This document shows, one piece after another, positions 34,320 to 38,193 of a DNA stretch of 38,193 nt. The DNA comes from Selaginella moellendorffii. Its lineage: Eukaryota > Plantae > Lycopodiophyta. The notes beneath the pieces are model-generated. The model did not search any database, was not told the DNA's origin, and saw only the letters and a list, made by a program, of their open reading frames with translations. Each line of letters starts with the position of its first letter. Position 1 is the stretch's first letter. The position numbers and the translations under genes were made by a program. The stretch is from assembly GCF_000143415.4 (NCBI RefSeq), contig NW_003314263.1, positions 2,239,691 to 2,277,883 on the forward strand. Reading direction: 5' to 3'.

Positions 34320-34575
34320 TCCGATATTTTCTCCTTTATAAAAAAGATATTTCAACGGCATATTCTCTTCCCGTTCGCGCGACCCCAATAATAGAAAAAC
34401 CGTACAGTATCGCGTCCGACGTGTAGGCATCTGGAGCCGTCGATTTCCGCCAGGGCGTGCGCTTTTTGCTTTTTTCCACGGAGGGCTGGACACGCGTCCA
34501 GCTCTGGCCGGGAGACACGTGTAGGACGAAAGGCACACTAGAAGCCCTTTTTTACTCCCGTAGAGATATTTGTGA
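34320..34575 (-). promoter_or_regulatory. Evening-element cores, G-box and TATA-like motif upstream of the RVE gene
   Basis: AAATATCT on the minus strand at 34345-34352 and 34564-34571; AAAATATCG at 34322-34330; CACGTG at 34516; minus-strand TATAAA at 34335-34340. Confidence 0.5.
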
Positions 34576-35180
34576 AATGTGGCTGGATGGAAAGGAGGGG
34601 ATATATTTCTCGATAATGTTCTCGCTATGGAGGGGCCAGCTCGTTCTTTTGGGGCCACCTTCTTTCGTCTTCGTAGAATTTCTCCACCTGGAATGAATAA
34701 AAAAATTGGACTTAAAGTGATGCTTCTAACAAACCAAGAAAGCCCAGAGGCACAACTTTGCTTGCCCAAGCCCAGATGCCAATTCAAACAACTAGGCCAA
34801 GTTGGAGAGATTCACACAAGCTTTGCCACCGTCCCCAACTTTGGAGGTAAAATACGGAAAGCGGTCAAAGAAGTGGGCTAAGCCTCGACAAAATTCAAAT
34901 GCTACACGCTCTTTGGCCCAAAAAAAAAAAAAAACCAACCCCACCTCCACCACCCTAATCTAGAAAAGCGCAGAAGAAAAGTGCGTGCATGGGTGTTGCA
35001 AGCCCACACACAACTCACATTCTTTCAATTCGGTGGCGGACCGACCGCGCCCTGCCCCCGGGCCTGAACACATACACACACTCCCAGAGAGAAGATAGCA
35101 GCGGCACGTTGGGTGGGGAACAAAGGTGGCAGACTTGTCTATCGACGTTGCCAACATACGGACAAAATGCGCCCCGCCAC

Positions 35181-35240
35181 CCACAATGCCCTAATGCGGC
35201 ATTTGCACCGCCAAAATGCCCTAATGTGGCATTTGCATCA
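35181..35240. repeat. 30-bp tandem duplication, each unit an imperfect palindrome
   Basis: ccacaatgccctaatgcggcatttgcaccg / ccaaaatgccctaatgtggcatttgcatca. Confidence 0.85.
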
Positions 35241-35748
35241 ATCGGACGGCATTGATTGACTGAAAGCGAAGAAAAAAGGAGGGGCTGGGGCATTTCATTG
35301 TGGCGACTTTTTCCTGTGGCTGGATCCTTAGATCTCCCCAGCTCACGGAAGAAAAGACCTTTTCGCTGGGCCTTGTAAAGTTCTCCGCCACAAACAGCGC
35401 CAGTCCGCCAGCCTCAGTCCGGCCAACTCGAGTTAAATTAAAAGCAAGCCCGGCAGGGACACGTGCGCTGAGCTGGAGCCACTCGCTCTAGGGCAATCGT
35501 GGCAGGCCTGCGGTCGGATAAAGCCCACCCACGGCGCTGACGAGGCGTCAGTGCCGCCACGTGTTGTGGTCCCTGCCCAGGAGAGTGGCTAGTGGACGGC
35601 CGCGCGCCACGTCGAGATGCCCCGGCGAATCTACTTTTTTCTACCTTGTTTTCTGACTAAACCAGGCCAATTTAAATGATGCGAGAAAAAAATGTGTCTT
35701 TGGAGAGACTTGGGCAACAGTGAGATTTGGATCTGTGGCTTTCGGGAA

Positions 35749-35907
35749 NNNNNNNNNNNNNNNNNNNNNNNNNNNNNNNNNNNNNNNNNNNNNNNNNNNN
35801 NNNNNNNNNNNNNNNNNNNNNNNNNNNNNNNNNNNNNNNNNNNNNNNNNNNNNNNNNNNNNNNNNNNNNNNNNNNNNNNNNNNNNNNNNNNNNNNNNNNN
35901 NNNNNNN
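35749..35907. other. Assembly gap (run of N)
   Basis: 159 N characters. Confidence 1.
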
Positions 35908-36036
35908 GGGATGATGAGTGGTAAATGCTCGGTTTCTCCAATGTGAGAGGGCTTGCCCGCCCAAAATCATGTTTACGCAAGGGGCAGTCTCCTGTTGTGC
36001 GCCTCTGACCTCCGCAAAATCGAAGGATCATTGCTA

Positions 36037-38193
36037 TCAGTAACTCTTGATGTTTCCCAGAAGAACATAGGCTGCGGCATTTTGGGTGTTCTTCTCTAGC
36101 ACCAACCCCGCTGCGCAAGATCCAAATCCATGGAAATTGCGGCTCATCTTGCAAGATCCCAGGAAGCATGTCCACTCTAGTGCTTTGGGCACATAGGGCA
36201 TGCTCAAGAGGAGCTCCTTGGCACAGCCCACATAGCCAGATCTTCCTAGAGCGTCTATCATGCAGCAGAAGTGCTGCCTGTTGGGTTCTAGAGTTAAATC
36301 GTAGATGAGGGAATGGAAACACGACCTTGCCGCAAAAACCCTTCCTGTCTGGCTGCAGGCAATGAGAACCGAGACGCAGCACCTCTGGTCTGGCAAGAAA
36401 AATAGCTCCATTTGATTGAAGGTGTCGAAAGCTCCAGCTCTGGATTCTGGAGTGTGGTTGTGGTTGTGGGCATCTAGCAATGCACTCCAAGAAGCTAAGT
36501 TGTGATTGGGCATGGTATCAAAGTGTCTCTTTGATTCCTCTAGATGCCCGTTTCGGGCATATGTTGTGAGCATTGCATTCCAGCAAACAGAATCCTTTTG
36601 GGGGATTCTCAGAAACACGTCAAAGGCAGAGTCAATGTCTCCGGCATTGCAAAACACAGTCAAGAATGCTGTCCATGAAACGACATCTCTTTGAGGCATA
36701 TTCATAAATATGTTCTTGGCTTCCTCCAAATGACCAGATTGGGCATAACCACAAAGCATTGTGTTCCAGGAGAGAATGTTTCTCTGTGTCATGCTCTCAA
36801 AGATCTGCCTCGCACTCTCCAAACATCCGTTTTGCACGTAGCATGAAAGCAAAGACGTCCACGAAACAAGGTCAGTTTGTGGAATTCGATCGAAAATCTC
36901 TTTAGCTTTCGAAGTTTCGCCCTCTTGGCCAAATGCAGAAATCATAGCAGTCACGCTCACTCTGTCGTGAACCGGCATTTCTTGCTCAAACAAAGATACG
37001 GCCTCGTACAAATACCCGTTAGAAGCGTATGCATGCAATATGGTGTTCAGAGAGATCAAATCCTTATGAGGCATTTTATAGAATACAGACTGTGCTTCTG
37101 TGAGTTTTCCTTCGTGAATTAGCATTACTATCACTGTCGTGCAAGCACAAGGGTCATGTTGTGGCATATTCTTGAACAAACAAAGGGCATTTTCAATATT
37201 CCTTTCTCGGGCATATCCAGACAGCAAAGAATTGAGAAGATCAAGGCTTTGGCAAGGCAACTTTTCTAGAAATCGCTTCGCTTCTTGCAAATACCCATTC
37301 ATACAAAACGATGAAACAATCGCATTGCAGCAAACCAAGTCTATCTCTGGCATGGATTCGAAGGTATCTTTAGCAGCTCGCATTAACCCGGCGCGGGTAA
37401 ATGCCACGAGAACCATGGTCTGTAAAACAATGTCTACGCCAGGGGCCTGTAAAACCAGCTCAGTAAGTTTCTCAAATTCACCCGCCTCGGAATATGCCTC
37501 GCACATTGCAGTCACTGAGACCACATCTTGCCGGGGCGCGGAATCAAAGAGAACCTTTGCGGTATCAATTTGCCCGCCTTGGGCATATGCGAAAATCAAA
37601 ATGTTCCACACCACTAAATCATGCGCAGGCATTCGATCAAACATTTCTCTAGCTTGGACAATTTCACTCGAAAGAGCAAAATATTTAATTACTATGGTCC
37701 AAGAAAGAAGATTTGTTTCCGGCATTGAATCAAAGAGTGCTTTGGCTCGATCGATTTGCCCTGATTTGGCACTGGCAGTGATCACCAGGTTCCAAGACGT
37801 GGTGTCTCTTTGGGGCATGAAATCGAACACGCGACTCGCATCCTCCAATCTTTTGTTCTTGACATATGCGGCAAGGATCGCGTTCCAGGCGATCAAATCC
37901 TTGCGTGGGATCCGATCGAACAGGAGCTCCGCGTCAGCGAGGCCAGAACCGCCGTTCCTCGAGTAGGCAGTGATCATCACAGCCCAGGAGAAAGAATCCC
38001 TGTCCAGGATCGAGTCGAAAACTCGCTTGGAATCCTCCACGCTGCCGCAGCGGCTGTACATCTCGATCATCTTGTTGGAGACGAAGACATCGTGGAGGAG
38101 GAGATGGTGACATCGAGCGTGAATTCCCCGTGCTTCTTCCAGAGATTTGCAAGATCTGGCGAGAGCTAAGGCTTCTTCGCGGCTCAACAATTT
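36037..38193 (-). CDS. PLS-class PPR protein, SS-motif rich, ending in the E domain; 5' end outside the window
   Basis: Frame is open to the window edge; runs of ~31-aa motifs; terminal HFCCMIDALGRSG...WTCFLGSCK...YVLLGNI. Confidence 0.9.
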   Translation of the reverse strand, partial: KLLSREEALALARSCKSLEEARGIHARCHHLLLHDVFVSNKMIEMYSRCGSVEDSKRVFDSILDRDSFSWAVMITAYSRNGGSGLADAELLFDRIPRKDLIAWNAILAAYVKNKRLEDASRVFDFMPQRDTTSWNLVITASAKSGQIDRAKALFDSMPETNLLSWTIVIKYFALSSEIVQAREMFDRMPAHDLVVWNILIFAYAQGGQIDTAKVLFDSAPRQDVVSVTAMCEAYSEAGEFEKLTELVLQAPGVDIVLQTMVLVAFTRAGLMRAAKDTFESMPEIDLVCCNAIVSSFCMNGYLQEAKRFLEKLPCQSLDLLNSLLSGYARERNIENALCLFKNMPQHDPCACTTVIVMLIHEGKLTEAQSVFYKMPHKDLISLNTILHAYASNGYLYEAVSLFEQEMPVHDRVSVTAMISAFGQEGETSKAKEIFDRIPQTDLVSWTSLLSCYVQNGCLESARQIFESMTQRNILSWNTMLCGYAQSGHLEEAKNIFMNMPQRDVVSWTAFLTVFCNAGDIDSAFDVFLRIPQKDSVCWNAMLTTYARNGHLEESKRHFDTMPNHNLASWSALLDAHNHNHTPESRAGAFDTFNQMELFFLPDQRCCVSVLIACSQTGRVFAARSCFHSLIYDLTLEPNRQHFCCMIDALGRSGYVGCAKELLLSMPYVPKALEWTCFLGSCKMSRNFHGFGSCAAGLVLEKNTQNAAAYVLLGNIKSY

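Noticed and set aside
35181-35240. Palindromic repeat resembling a CRISPR repeat
   Set aside because: Only two adjacent units with no spacer, in a eukaryotic context.
33626-35491. Several 60-195 aa ORFs upstream of the RVE gene
   Set aside because: They overlap the leader and promoter, lack domains and are likely chance ORFs.

Overview
Plant nuclear DNA, most likely the lycophyte Selaginella (inferred from SS-motif-rich PLS-PPR genes, ~50-60 nt introns and 80-200 bp intergenic gaps). The left ~21.6 kb is AT-rich, CpG-depleted and mostly decayed. It holds a ~68% GC insert bracketed by (TA)n (probable mitochondrial transfer), an old Ty3/gypsy RT remnant and a decayed chromovirus. It also holds a rearranged local duplication carrying an orphan ALDH2 exon, three internally deleted copies of the neighbouring NPF gene and one intact PLS-PPR gene, plus a broken secreted bulb-type lectin gene. 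The right ~16.5 kb is gene-dense: an NPF/PTR transporter lacking ExxER, two divergent P-class PPRs, a PLS-PPR with extended L motifs, PRA1.A, a CCA1/LHY/RVE1-type clock MYB, an assembly gap and a further PLS-PPR running off the window. The most unusual observation is that predicted short introns join the P-class PPR ORF and the NPF ORF in one frame separated by a single UAG, a candidate dicistronic or readthrough unit.
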